This document shows, one piece after another, positions 40,440 through 53,360 of a stretch of DNA of 64,000 nt. The notes under the pieces are model-generated. The model was not told the DNA's origin and made no database searches. It saw only the letters and a list, made by a program, of their open reading frames with translations. Each line of letters opens with the position of its first letter. Position 1 is the stretch's first letter. A program made the translations under genes and the position numbers. The stretch spans positions 620,001-684,000 of the forward strand of contig NW_026782426.1 in assembly GCF_031769215.1 (NCBI RefSeq), in the 5' to 3' direction. Source of the stretch: Ylistrum balloti. Lineage: Eukaryota.

Positions 40440-41190
40440 CAGAAATAATGTATTGACCCCGGGGGTCCTGTAATAAGCCCATACCCGGTCTTTCAGCAAG
40501 AAGCAATGTATTGATCCCTTGGGTCTTGAAATAAGCCCACCCCCGGACTTTCATTAAGAAGTCATGTATTGATCCCTAGGGTTCTGTAATAAGCCCACCC
40601 TTTGACTTTCAGTAAGAAGTCATGTATTGACCCCGGGGGTCCTGTAATAAGCCCATACCTGGTCTTTCAGCAAGAAGCAATGTATTGATCCCTGGGGTCT
40701 GGAAATAAGCCCGTCCCCGGACTTTCATTAAGAAGTCATGTATTGATCCCTAGGGTTCTGTAATAAGCCCACCCTTTGACTTTCAGTAAGAAGTCATGTA
40801 TTAAACCCTGGGGTCTTGTGATAAGCCCATACCTGGTCTTTCAGCAAGAAGCAATGTATTGATCCCCAGTGTTGTGTAATAAGCCCATCCCCTGACTTTC
40901 AGTAAGATGTGATATGTTGACTCCCCCCCTCCACCCCTCCCCCAGTGTTGTGTAATAAGCCCATCCCCTGACTTTCAGTAAAGTGATATGTTGACCCCTC
41001 ACCCCTCCCCCAGTGTTGTGTAATAAGCCCATCCGCTGACTTTCAGTAAGAAGTGATATGTTGACCCCCCACCCCTCCCCCAGTGTTGTGTAATAAGCCC
41101 ATCCCCTGACTTTCAGTAAAGTGATATGTTGACCCCTCACCCCTCCCCCAGTGTTGTGTAATAAGCCCATCCCCTGACTTTCAGTAAGAT
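40440..41190. repeat. Compound array: 58-bp units in a 174-bp trimeric higher-order repeat, then ~70-bp units with C-tracts
   Basis: TGTATT(G/A)A recurs every 58 bp from about 40449 to 40855, and every third unit is near-identical. All units carry AATAAGCCC. Confidence 0.92.
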
Positions 41191-43517
41191 TTATAGTATT
41201 GAACCCTCCGTCCCGTAATTATCACTACCCCTGATTTTGAGTCAGAAATAATGAAAGGGTAAGGTGAACATTCAAGTTCAGCACATTAAGCTCCCTATGA
41301 TCAAAACTTCAACAGAATTTTGAAACTGTCTAAAATGGCAAACCTTCATGCTGGCCTGGTGGTAATAGTAACATCTTATGAAATAGTTCACCTGTTTCAA
41401 CAATTTTAACTAGTTTTTTTATGATTAACTTCTTTACTTGTGGGTCTTCCATTTTGTTGTTTAGTCCTTACTTGGGTTTATGTAAAATGTGTTAATGGCC
41501 CTCATAGTTTGTATTATGGAGAATTAGTGCTGAAATTTATGTCGACAAAAAAAGAGAAATTAAGAGAAAACCTACCAGCATGGTCCTTAGGGAGCCTCGC
41601 AGACAAAAAATATATCTAAACATGAAACAAGATACCTGGTAACACAGATGGGAATCCCATAACTCAGGCAGCTGTCAAACAAGCAAGGAATCCCAGTCCC
41701 CCATATCTATTCCAATCCTGTAAAAAAGCCCTTGTTAAACCCCGGGCCCTGGTCAACCCTCTCTCTCCAAGTCCCCTTAAAACAAAGCTGCCCTATATCT
41801 TCCTTACTCTCTACCAAACCTGATCCAATCCCTGTCAAATTTAACTATTCCCAATATCTCCCAATCTCAAAAACCAATGGATTCAATTCCAAGTCCACAC
41901 CACCCTATATCTCTCTCATATCTCTACACCAAACCTGATCCAAACCCAGTCAAATCTAAATATTCCCATTATCTCCAAATCCATGCCATCCTTAATTCTC
42001 CCTTAAATCATTTAAAAACCTGGTCTTTCTCTGTCCTTAAAGGTCACCCCAATCACTTAAATCATACACCATTTTTCAGCTTTACCAATAAACCCTTAAA
42101 ACCAAGTCCAAACCTGGTCTTTTTCTGTCATTAAAGGTTACCCCGATCACTTAAAGCATATACCATTTTTCAGCTTTACCAATAAACCCTACAGACCTAG
42201 TCCAAACATTTATGTAGCCATACTGTTACAAGCAATACAAAATAGTACATCACTACTTCCCAAAAAATTCACCATAACAGCAGATGTGCCAGCACCTTGA
42301 GGGTCAATTTAGTCCCCTATCTGTCTGAAACCCCAAACATTTCACATAGCCATGTGCGAGCTGACTATCAAACCTGATCCATGATTTTGAGATATGACGT
42401 ACATACCTGCATATGTGTAGCTGTTGAAGGTTACAATGAGCCATTCAAGGTCAAGGTAAACTGTTCATCTGTTCAACACACATGGATTTCAACTGTCCAA
42501 CATAATCAGTTGTGATATGTCATAGTCTCTTTTCCAACAGAGTCTCCTTGTCTGTACCCTACCCCAACACCACAAGATTATTTCCTCACCAAACATAACA
42601 TATTAATGTCTTTGCTGGGTTTCTAAATGGCCAAAATCAGTAGAATAAAACATTTGAAGAATGAGTCAGCTCAAACCTTCCCCAGTATTAAATCACATGA
42701 AATTTTTTTGCTGAATCCCAACAAATGATCATCTTATCTCTTTGATTCCCAAGGGTGTCCTTCCCAAGTCTTTCACCATCTGGGCTCTAACCCCTATCAG
42801 CTGACCTAGCAAAACACATGGCTGGTGATGCATCTTTACAACCCAAAGGGGTCATCAGAAAATGTGTAGATTTCAAATTTTTTTTTTTTTTGATAAAGTT
42901 TGTAATTTTGATAAGATTCTGCAGCTGGCTTTTTTCCGACAGTGTAGAAGCACTGACTTTATCTTGTTGAATACACTGGACAGTCGACTCAGTGCAATCA
43001 CATGCTGGCAATTTTTAATGTAATAAGATCATGATCAATTATATGTTTGAAGTACATGTCTGCCATCATTATAGTCATGGTCATACATAAAGTCATGGTC
43101 GGCCATACGCTTGAAATTCAAATATCATTCACTTATTATTATTATTACTAAACTGAAAGTTGGTAGATTCCTTATCATTTTGTACACTACGTATGTCAGT
43201 GATAGTACACTCCACACTGGTCACTTGTCTGATGAAGGTGACCATGTAGTCATCAGAACTTCACACTCAAATCTTCTACTGGTTGTGTTACTAGAACTTC
43301 TATTCTATTGACATAACTAACCTGAAGAAAGTGTTTCATAAAAGTCTACAACACAGTCTGAAAACCTACGATAAAGCAAAAACATTGCTCAGTAATAAGC
43401 CCACTCTTGACATGAACTTGTTGTAGAATGAATGTGTTAGTCTTTTGACTGAGAGTTTTAACTCAAGATGAGTTTATCTCTAACAGAACAGCTGGTTAAA
43501 ATGTCAGACAAACTTAC

Positions 43518-43571
43518 CTATTACCACATAATGACAAAATGCTGGTCTTCTGTATTGATTCACTCAGAATT
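43518..43571 (-). other. Candidate upstream exon (54 nt)
   Basis: Long poly-T acceptor tttttttttttatttttcag| and donor TAG|GTAAGT. Confidence 0.5.
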
Positions 43572-44371
43572 CTGAAAAATAAAAAAAAAAAACAATTACA
43601 GTTATATCAGATAATTTCTAAAATTCTGTTTTTCATTCTTTAAAATCTTAAACTTGAAACTTAAAAACATCAATCCACAAAAAATTATTCTATATTTCTT
43701 ATTTGTTAAAAAGTGTTTAACAAGTTTCCAAAATGTCAAAAGATTTTTTTCATGGGAAAGGTCAAGAGCTTATCTCTCTACCCCAAACATAACAAACAGC
43801 AATGCCTTGCTGTATGCCAGACCCTTCCCTCCCCTCCCTAATGGCCCCTCCTCCCATTCCTCATACCTAGATATGGGCCACTGCAAAACAATTTCAAATT
43901 ATTTTCTCAGAGATTTTAAGAATGTAACAAACATAATTGTTCATGGGTGAGGTTTCTAAAGAATTTTTGAGAGAAATAAACAGCATATTCTTTGATAAAT
44001 CATTGACTAGGTTTTAGGGAGCTGTGAGGTCTGTGCTGAAAAAACACACAATACAAACCAGGAAGAATTGCCCTGGTAGAGAAATTTTTCATCAGAAAGC
44101 CGTGTAAATCAGCTGGTTGCTGTCGTCAACTTTTCCAGAAATGTCATTGTTTTAAAGAAAGATTCCCAATAAGAAGACATTGTTTTAAAAGATATATGAC
44201 CAAATGTTTCTCTCTTTCCCTATACTACATCTTCTATAAAAGTGTCAGGTTTTGCCATCAAATGTTGAGATATATATCATGACTGAGGGTATGGTGTAAC
44301 TTGCTGGTGAGAAACTCACACAATGAAGCTGAAGATTGTCTCAGAAAATGATGGACTAGACGGAATATTAT

Positions 44372-44437
44372 CTGATGTCACGTCATCAGTAATAAAAAAT
44401 GTAGACAGGAAGTGAAGAATTCTATTGCCATGGTAAC
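44372..44437. promoter_or_regulatory. Cluster of CRE/ATF-like, ETS and RFX-like motifs
   Basis: CTGATGTCACGTCATCAG at 44372, CAGGAAGTG at 44406 and ATTGCCATGGTAAC at 44424. Confidence 0.35.
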
Positions 44438-47089
44438 CATGGTAAAAAAGTTTTTCATATCAGAAATACAAAATTTGTTAAAACACGCCCTCTAAATTAT
44501 CATTTTTCAATAGAACATTTTAAAAACATTGTTTTGTAATTTTAACATTTGTTACATTTCTGATATGGGTTGTTAAAAGCCCACTCCTTATTTCGTGTAT
44601 GAATTAATGTTCTGAAACACTGGCCTTATAACAGTATAGAAAAAGGTTTAAAAGCTCTGTTTTCTTTACTTCCCTATAAGTCCACCAACATTCTCTACTG
44701 ATGAGGTTTAAACTGGGTACATATCGTTTACTATATCAAGTTCCGTTTTTGTCTACAAATACATCTTAAGAATCAAACTTCAGAAAAATAGTTTTTGTTT
44801 TTATAAACTTAATCAGAAAATTAACAGTACACTATTAGAGGAGAAAACCAAGTTTCATGTTGAAATAATGTTTCAAATTTGAAAATATAAATGCAGTATT
44901 CTGATTGGCTAACGGCCCAACAGTCACAGTATTTCGTTGGATACAGCCTTAATACTGACATCATTAATTATATTCCATAAAATTATTGATAACATATTCT
45001 TGGGAAAATCTAAAAAAAAAAAAAAGAAGAAGTTTTTCTAACTGTTTCAGTTTTATGCTTGTTGTACATTGGCAACGTCTTGAACAGAAGGATGAAAGTT
45101 TGTCAGTTATTCAGGGAATGGTGAAATTTCCTCAGATAACTTGTGGTTATAACTGCGCCAAACAGAGAAACAATGGCTAGCCTTACAAACCCTAGTTATC
45201 AGGGGAGCACAGTTCACTGTCACTTACAGTTAACCCTCGCGTAACTCTGGCATGACAGAATGCAGATTGTACAACAAAAACGTGAACATTCTGGCATGTA
45301 ATATTGCACATGCATTGCATGGATACAGACTTAAGCTGTTTCCTATAGATAACCACAAGTGATATGGTAACTACACCAAGGATAGCATGATAAACACAAA
45401 CATCACTAACACATCTGTCTTCTGACCAGTTACTTTACTACAACGCAACATGGAGTACAATCAGATTTCAAAATTTTCCCGATAAAACAACTTGTGGAAT
45501 TGAAATCTTTAACTTTTCTTTAATGAAGCATTTATGAAGTATTTTTACTTGAATTAATTTTATTTAAAAAATTCAAATTCATCTCTTTTATTTTAATTTC
45601 AATTGTGAAACAAACAATGTAACACTGTTTTAATCATAATAGGGTTTTATTGTGGGAGAAAGCGAGAGAACAAAAAACCTACATTGTGTATTATCCTATA
45701 TCACCATGATAACCCTTACTTGAAGGAAAGTGTCCTAAACAGGTCTACCCAGTCACTATTAACAGTAAACAGGAATTTCAGTCTATCTTAAAAACTTCTT
45801 GTCACAGCCTAAAGGTGATCATTATCATGTGATTTGGGAGGGGTGAGAGGGGAATGGATGATATCTAATACTGTCATACTACCATGTCAAGATTATAACA
45901 TTTCAGTGGGATGACACTATAAAAATGACTGTCAGTGATCCTATCATCAGTGGACGTTGTTTTCATGAGGCCTTAGCAATGGTAGGATGAATTTTAATGA
46001 AATTTAATGCATATTTCACTTAAGGATTTGTTTTTCTTGACTCAAGTCACAATTATGTTTATGCCAAAATCATTCAAAGTTGATGACGGACAGATCTGTG
46101 AGAAGAAAAGAAAAACTAAAAAAAAAAGTTTTCAGGAGCGATTCTAGTGCTTTTTATTGTAACTGAACGATAAAGTGTCCTTATCTGCAAATTCACACAC
46201 ACTGATTTAAAGTGAGGTGTAAAAGTGATTTCTACAATGCAATAATATAGGTATAAAACTATTGTGTGCTAAGGGAGATAAGTATTAATAATGAAAATGT
46301 CAAGGATATAGGCATTTTGAAAAAATGTTGGTAAAACAATTAACTATATGTTATGTACCCCATGTGCAAAATTACACAGCAAGTGGAACAATTACATCAC
46401 AGTTTCTACCATATGTTAAATCTTATTAACCTGATAGAAACTGGTTATCTTCAGGTGTTCATAAAAATATGGCACCCATGGTAGTGAATTGAGGTGTGGA
46501 AGGTGAAGGTCAGAAGTCAAAAGGGAGGTAACTCAAGAAAATGGGGCAGAGGACAGAGAATAATCAAATATGTATGTTATTAACATATCACACAGTGACC
46601 ATATAATGTGTAGATTATTGCTACTTTTTTTACAGTAGCTTTTCCCTTGGTTTCAGGCTGTTAAATGTTGCAATTCAGAAGAGCTGAAAAGTAGGACCAG
46701 TGCCACACTTAAGAAACTTAATATAAAGACAGTGGGTGTGTTGAAAAACTATCTAAATAACCAGCTGGACAGAGAGACAGTGGTAGGGAAAACACCAGTG
46801 TTTAGGTTACCAAGGTGATGCTATAGAAATAATGAGTGTAATAGTTTTCTTACCAGAGTGGCAATATTCGTGATAAGATATCAATGTGTAGTGGTAGGAT
46901 ATCAGGTCTATTAATCCACTAGGGATAAATCATGGTGGAAAGGGTTTAGATAATACAGTAGCGGGTGGAGAGAGAGTCTACACATGGTTTTATTTATTTC
47001 TCTGTTAGCATTAGGAAATGTATGGTATGTAAGCTGACCAATAACTGTCAGGCTGGACACAAAGGGCAGATTGGCCTGTTACAGACAGT

Positions 47090-47500
47090 GAAGGGTAAAA
47101 AACGGCAAATCAAAGGTTGGCAGAGACATGGGACAGGAATAAAAAGCAGACAGAGGGAAGTAGGGAAGAAAAAGTAGACAGAGGGAAAGAGGAAAGATAA
47201 TGGAGAGAGGAGGAACAAACAGTTGTGAGAAGAAAAATAACAGAAAAGAAGAGACTGGAAAAAGAAAGAAAGATAGGAGGGAGAGAGAAGAGATGGTTAG
47301 AAGAGGGAAGAGGAGAATATAAGAAAGTAGATCTGTCGAAAGTGAGAGAGACAGAAGTGAAAAGAAGTCAGAATAGAAAGAGAAAATAATGGAAAGGAAT
47401 GGTAAAAAGAAAAGAGAGAGGAGAGAAGGGAGAAAGAAGAACAGAGAAAAGAGGAATAATGGAGAAGAAACAAAGGAAGAATCAATATAACAGAACAAAT
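47090..47500 (+). repeat. Purine-rich (GA) low-complexity tract
   Basis: About 400 bp that is almost entirely A/G on the plus strand. Confidence 0.9.
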
Positions 47501-47899
47501 TTTATATAGGATCAAACAGTAAATTGAATTAGATATATATAGTTAGCAAGTCAGGATATTACCTAATGCACTTTGTAAGCCCGTATTCTGCTGTTCACAA
47601 ATTTTTAATGAAGAGACCTATGTCCTGTAAAAGTGGCTAGATGACAGTAACACAATTTTATTCTGTAGGGCAATTAATTATTCTGTGTTTATTGTATTTT
47701 GCATGAAGAGTGTCAGTGAAAGAATTTAATATTGAATTAACTCTTCAAAGCATCCATATATCTAACACTATGTGTTACCTACCGACCTCACAATGTACGT
47801 CCATCGGTCAAATTTCTGCATGTTTGTCATGATCTTATATCATCCATGACATCTACAGTTGCAATCAACCTCTCTACTTGTATATAAAGATTACCTGTA

Positions 47900-48250
47900 T
47901 ATAAAGATCACCTGTATACCTAGGTCACCTGCACTATAAAGACTACCTGTATACTTAGGTCACCTGCACATAGAGACCACCTGTATACTTAGGTCACCTG
48001 TACATAGAGGCACAGGTATACTTAGGTCACCTGCACAATAAAGACCATCTGTATACTTAGGTTACCTGCACATAGAGACCATCTGTATACTTAGGTCACC
48101 TGCACAAAGAGACCACCTGTATACTTAGGTCACCTGCACATAAAGAACACCTGTATACTTAGGTCACCTGCACATAAAGAACACCTGTATACTTAGGTCA
48201 CCTGCACATAGAGGCCACCTGTATACTAAGGTCACCTGCACATAGAGGTC
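47900..48250. repeat. 34-bp (17+17) minisatellite CACCTGTATACTTAGGT-CACCTGCACATAGAGAC within a MITE-like shell
   Basis: About 10 units. Flanks resemble the TACAG...AGACAG MITE family. Confidence 0.9.
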
Positions 48251-48654
48251 ACTTTTCTCTCTTGAGTGGCTTTCATAGACAGCTTTTACATTTGTTGCAT
48301 TTTTTTTCAGTTTTTCAGATTATCAGGTACCAAGAGTCTTAACTTACAGTAAATGGCGGAGTTAATGAATTTCCATACATCAGCTTTCCTTCCAGTTGAT
48401 TATGATTCCTAGGTAATGTTTACACCTTAGCTCCATACAAATCCAAGTAAGGATTAAAAAGTATGAGGAGGAGGGCCATGATGACAGTGATGATGATAGA
48501 GTAATTTACAGGAAATGGAATCAGGTAGGAGTCTAATCTATCAGGTTAGGGGCAGGAGTTCATCGTCTCAACACCAGAGGTAGAGACCTATCACCAATAC
48601 TACGGTAAACACTTCAAACAATCGTCCACTTACAGCAACGCTGTAATGGACTCT

Positions 48655-48990
48655 TCCAGAACTGTGATGGACTATTCCAGAATTGTGATGGACTATCCCA
48701 GAACTGTGATGGACTATTCCAGAACTGTGATGGACTATTCCTGAAATGTGATGGACTATTCCTGAACTGAGATGGACTAACCCTGAACTGTAATGGACTA
48801 TTCCAGAATTGTGATGGACTATTCCAGAACTGAGATGGACTATTCCTGAACTGTGATGGACTATTCCTGAACTGAGATGGACTAACCCTGAACTGTAATG
48901 GACTATTCCAGAATTGTGATGGACTATTCCAGAACTGAGATGGACTATTCCTGAACTGAGATGGACTATTCCAGAACTGTGATGGACTAT
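48655..48990. repeat. 21-bp minisatellite TGTGATGGACTATTCCAGAAC
   Basis: About 16 units. Confidence 0.95.
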
Positions 48991-48992
48991 TC

Positions 48993-49410
48993 GATGTTGC
49001 CACTCTGTTCCCCAGAGTGCTGGTCCATGTTGTCACTCTGCCAGAGTGCTGGTCAATGTTGTCACTCTGCTCCCTAGAGTGCTGGTCCATTGTCACTCTG
49101 TTCCCCAGGGTGATGGCCAATGTTGTCACTCTGTTCCCCAGAGTGATGGCCAATGTTGTAACTCTGTTCCCCAGGGTGCTGGTCGATGTTGTCACTCTGT
49201 TCCCCTGAGTGATGGTCAATGTTGTCACTCTGTTTCCCAGAGTGCTGGTTGATGTTGTCACTCTGTTTCCCAGAGTGCTGGTTGATGTTGTCACTCTGTT
49301 TCCCAGAGTGCTGGTCGATGTTGTCACTGTTTCCCAGAGTGCTGGTTGATGTTGTCACTCTGTTTCCCAGAATGATGCTCGATGTTTTCAATCTGTTCCC
49401 CAGAGTGCTG
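48993..49410. repeat. 33-bp minisatellite GATGTTGTCACTCTGTTTCCCAGAGTGCTGGTT
   Basis: About 12 units directly abutting the 21-bp array. Confidence 0.95.
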
Positions 49411-50279
49411 GTTCAAGTCATTACTCTCCTCCCTAGAGCGGTGGATGAGATTGTAATTTTCCACGAGCCACATTGTATGATTCCTTGTCGGACAGTTGCT
49501 GGTACTAATATTACAGCTACCTCCTAATGGGGCTGTATTATCAATGAAGCCATCAAAATGCTATCATTTTCTCCTATTAAAGCTATATTCAGTAACTGTC
49601 TTTTTTGTCTGTGTTAGAATCTATTTATCATGAACTCCATCCTGAGGTAAAGTGACAAAGGTTTCTCTTTAATCAAGAGACATGATACAAGTTCAGAACA
49701 AATTTGTAATTCTGAAACTCCACGACATTTTGGAATTTCCTTCAGCGAGATAGAGGTTGTTCAAAATTTTGAGCCTCAGTAGAGTGCTATTAATGACAAG
49801 ATACACCAACTAGCTTTTTCCAGTGGCTTTACAAAATCAAGAACAAATCAATATATTTATTGAAATCTTACGTCTAAAACTGGAACCTGAAATTGGCAGT
49901 CTCCTTTCTAAATAAGACAGGTTGGCAAGTTTGACTGCATAACATTCATAAACAAAGTTCCAAAGAAAGCAGATCTGAATTATACAAAGATGCAATTTTT
50001 CATATTTGTTTTCATTCATGCATACAACACGTTGTGTGATGGACAACCTCTTTTTATCAGAGTACCCTTGCTGTTGTTCAAGACTATTAGACAGAATAAG
50101 GTCAAAGGTCAACCAGAATCTGATACATATTTTTTATATTTCTCTAAACAAATATTGTACCAACTTGTGTCTGGAAGTTCTATCGCTTGTTAGGAAAATA
50201 TAATATTTATTATCTATATTACTGCTATGTATATACAGTTATAAACACAGGGGTCAACACATCACTTCAAATACAAAGT

Positions 50280-50420
50280 GAAAGGGTGGGCTTATTACCG
50301 AACACTAGGAGGCCAATACAACACTTCATATACAAAGTCAAGGGGTGGGCTTATTACTGGACACTAGGAGGCCAATACAACACTTCATATACAAAGTCAA
50401 GGGGTGGGCTTATTACTGGA
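50280..50420. repeat. 59-bp tandem repeat with GGGTGGGCTTATTAC core
   Basis: 2.5 copies. The core is the reverse complement of the core in the 40.4-41.2 kb array. Confidence 0.85.
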
Positions 50421-53099
50421 AAACAAAGAAGCATTAGTTCATAATGCTACTGACGAAAAATAGATATAGATGGGCTTATCACCAGACATGGCTTATCACT
50501 TGATAAATACGGTAATAATTCAATTTCAAGTAAATATCAGTCAATATCTTGGAATGGATTAAAAGCCAAACAACAGCATGAGCCATATGTTTGTGAGTTT
50601 TATGACAAATCTTAGGGACCATGTCAAAATGAACTGACTAGGTCACTAAGGTCAGATCTGGGTCATCCTGAAGCCTGCATGGCTAGGATTGGAACAATTA
50701 TGATGTGTTTATGTGACATTTGTATGTGGTGAGATCTGTATCACCTAAAAGCTTTTTCCACGAGGGGTAGGCATGGAGACCCTTGGGAGCTGTCAGCCTC
50801 TGTAACCCTATTAGTCACCTAGGATAATTATGTGATAGTTTCTACACACAGAGTGTGAAGGGGGTGTAGGATCAATGTTAAGATAATCCATGATCAGGCT
50901 GCATTTATTATGAAGATTTTTCATATCTGAAGATTGATGATTTACTATGGTTAATAGCAATGAATTAGGGAGCCCAAAACTCAGGCCTGACACCCAAACT
51001 TGCCTGACATTATAACAACCATCCATTTTACTTTTCATTCTATGAGTAGCTGAAGGTTCAAGAATCATTTCTTTTCTCATTCTTCATAAATTTCTCATCA
51101 ATAAGACCCAACAAGAACACAGGTTACTTAGTAAAGTTAAGTTAATTTAATCACACTAATCTTCAAGCTGTTTGACCTGACTAGCTATCCATCCAGTCAG
51201 AAATTTCTCAACTGACTCCCCAAAGTCAGAAAATACCTATGGTACATGAATTATTATAGAAATACACTGTTTTTTTAATTTGTTTTGCAAAGATTCATCC
51301 TGGCGTTTTCTTTACCAAATCAGATTTGTCGACACCTTGACACCGCTCATCTCACATGTCTTGAAAAAAATCCAAAAAAACAAATTAATATCTCCAGGAT
51401 AATTAACTCTCTCCCTCTCTCTCTCTCTATACATATATTCATATGATGGCAAAGACTGACCCAAGATACCACTAGCATACCATGAGAAGCGTTGTAGCAT
51501 CACTATCATCAAAACGCTTGAAGTCATGGAGGAAAATTAGTGCAATACAAGCACTAATGAGATTTCCACATGGATATCTCCAGCAAGCTTATAAAAATTG
51601 CCTCAGATATGAGTGTGAATTAGTGTATTTCAGCCAAGTCAAAACCAAATCATTACCATTAGAATAAATAAACTTTTTCATCTACTTAATAAACAGGCCA
51701 TCCAAATTGTAGGAAAACACTTGATATCTTTATATCATTTAGTAAAAACGTGTTTCAAATATTCAAATATTGCTTTGAACTTCCTGATAAAAACTGGTGA
51801 AGATTTGTAAACCACAATGGTACAGAATTTCTTATCCTCTGGATGTTTTTATCGTGTAAACATTGTTTTCTTTCAATTGTTATATCAGCAATGCTGTTTA
51901 ACTCCCCATTGTTAAATTTGTACAGCTGTATATCCTTCACAAAACCAAATCTAAACATCTTTATCACATTCTAGGTACCCTTATATCACTTTTTTTCATT
52001 ACGAGATCGCAGACAATCTAATAATACCCAATCCAAGCTAGTTTTACATCAAGTCTCGTGTTGGCTCCGTCCCTAACAGTCAATTGTGAGTTTGGTTCTA
52101 ACTCTATATACTGTAACTATGAGTCTAAACCAGTATTAGATTTACTAGATAATGGATCAAATGGAGAGTATAATGAGATAAATCTATCAACATGTGTATG
52201 GTGTTAGGTGGAACTCTCTAAAGAGGAGGAGGGTTTAGGTTGTACATATATATACCCTTAATGTAGGTCTTACTCATAGAGATATGCTACTTCAAACATT
52301 ACAACTGTATTCCAGCATGTACAATTTAAAAATACTCATACTCGTCAGTCTTTCCTATTAAGGAAAAGGCTCTCTGATTTTTGACTCAAGACAAATTCTC
52401 CATTAGTTGAAAAGTTGAAAATTTTTGTTTGAAAATACAAGTTCATCAGTATATAAATGTTCATCTCTGAGATTTGAAAATCTGAATGTGCAAATTCTCT
52501 TCCTTCGCAATCCTCAAAATTTGGCCCGATACCAATCACAAGAGTAGAGTTTTGAAAAAGGAAAGCTTTATCTCCATCTTGCTGTTAATAACATGGTGTA
52601 CCTTATAGCTAAATCATTGACTTTTTATGGGATTTGTTTTCAGTAATTTTGTGTGTTAAACTTAATCCAAGCATTCATCTTCCCACTGAAAGTGGCACCA
52701 ACTGGGCGTTCATTTTAAAAATCAAGAGATTTTAGTTCCACAAAAATATGGTTTCAGTTTCTTGAGAGAGACCTATTGATGACGGTTCTGAATTCCATGA
52801 CAATTTTAAAGGAATATCTTACCTTTATATTGTCTTCAAAGTAAAAACGTTTGTGAAAGTTATTTCCCTTTAAAACGAAAATCACATTTATTATTGACAT
52901 ATACAGAATAATTCTTTCAAACTTTTGCCAAGTTTTATCAAATCTTACTAATCTTTGAAATATGTCATCAATTCATTTATTTTAACTTTTTTTCCTTGAC
53001 TTTTTCGATGTGGAACTCGTTTGGTTTAAATTACAGTGATGTAGCATACTGCCTTAATTCAGGTACACAGGTATCGTGTGAGAAGATATGTACTCATCA

Positions 53100-53360
53100 C
53101 TTTGTTTGAAGTCCACTCTCAAATTCATGAAGAACTGTCTGCAGATCAGTTCAACTTCTTCTCTACATCATCTCCCAACGTTAAAGAAAATTGGAACTCT
53201 TTCTGAATGGAGATAAGAAAGTCATTAATGTGGAGGTGCACTTTAATACCTTGTACATACAAGAAGTACATCAAACCTCGTCAATAATATATGAAGTAAG
53301 GTAGGCTGAGGTCAGCTGGCTTCACGTGACCAGGCCAATTCTCTGGCAGGCTCCATCATC
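53100..53360 (-). mobile_element. Decayed DIRS-like reverse-transcriptase fragment
   Basis: LSLPYFIYY*RGLMYFLYVQGIKVHLHINDFLI resembles GLSSAPxxFTKxxRxxxxxxRxQGIxxxxYLDDxLI around the YxDD catalytic motif. Confidence 0.5.

Noticed and set aside
47079-47515. Hydrophobic Leu/Phe/Ser-rich ORFs as membrane proteins
   Set aside because: They are the reverse complement of a GA-rich low-complexity tract.
48614-49527. 237-aa and overlapping ORFs as real proteins
   Set aside because: They are fully explained by the 21-bp and 33-bp repeats.
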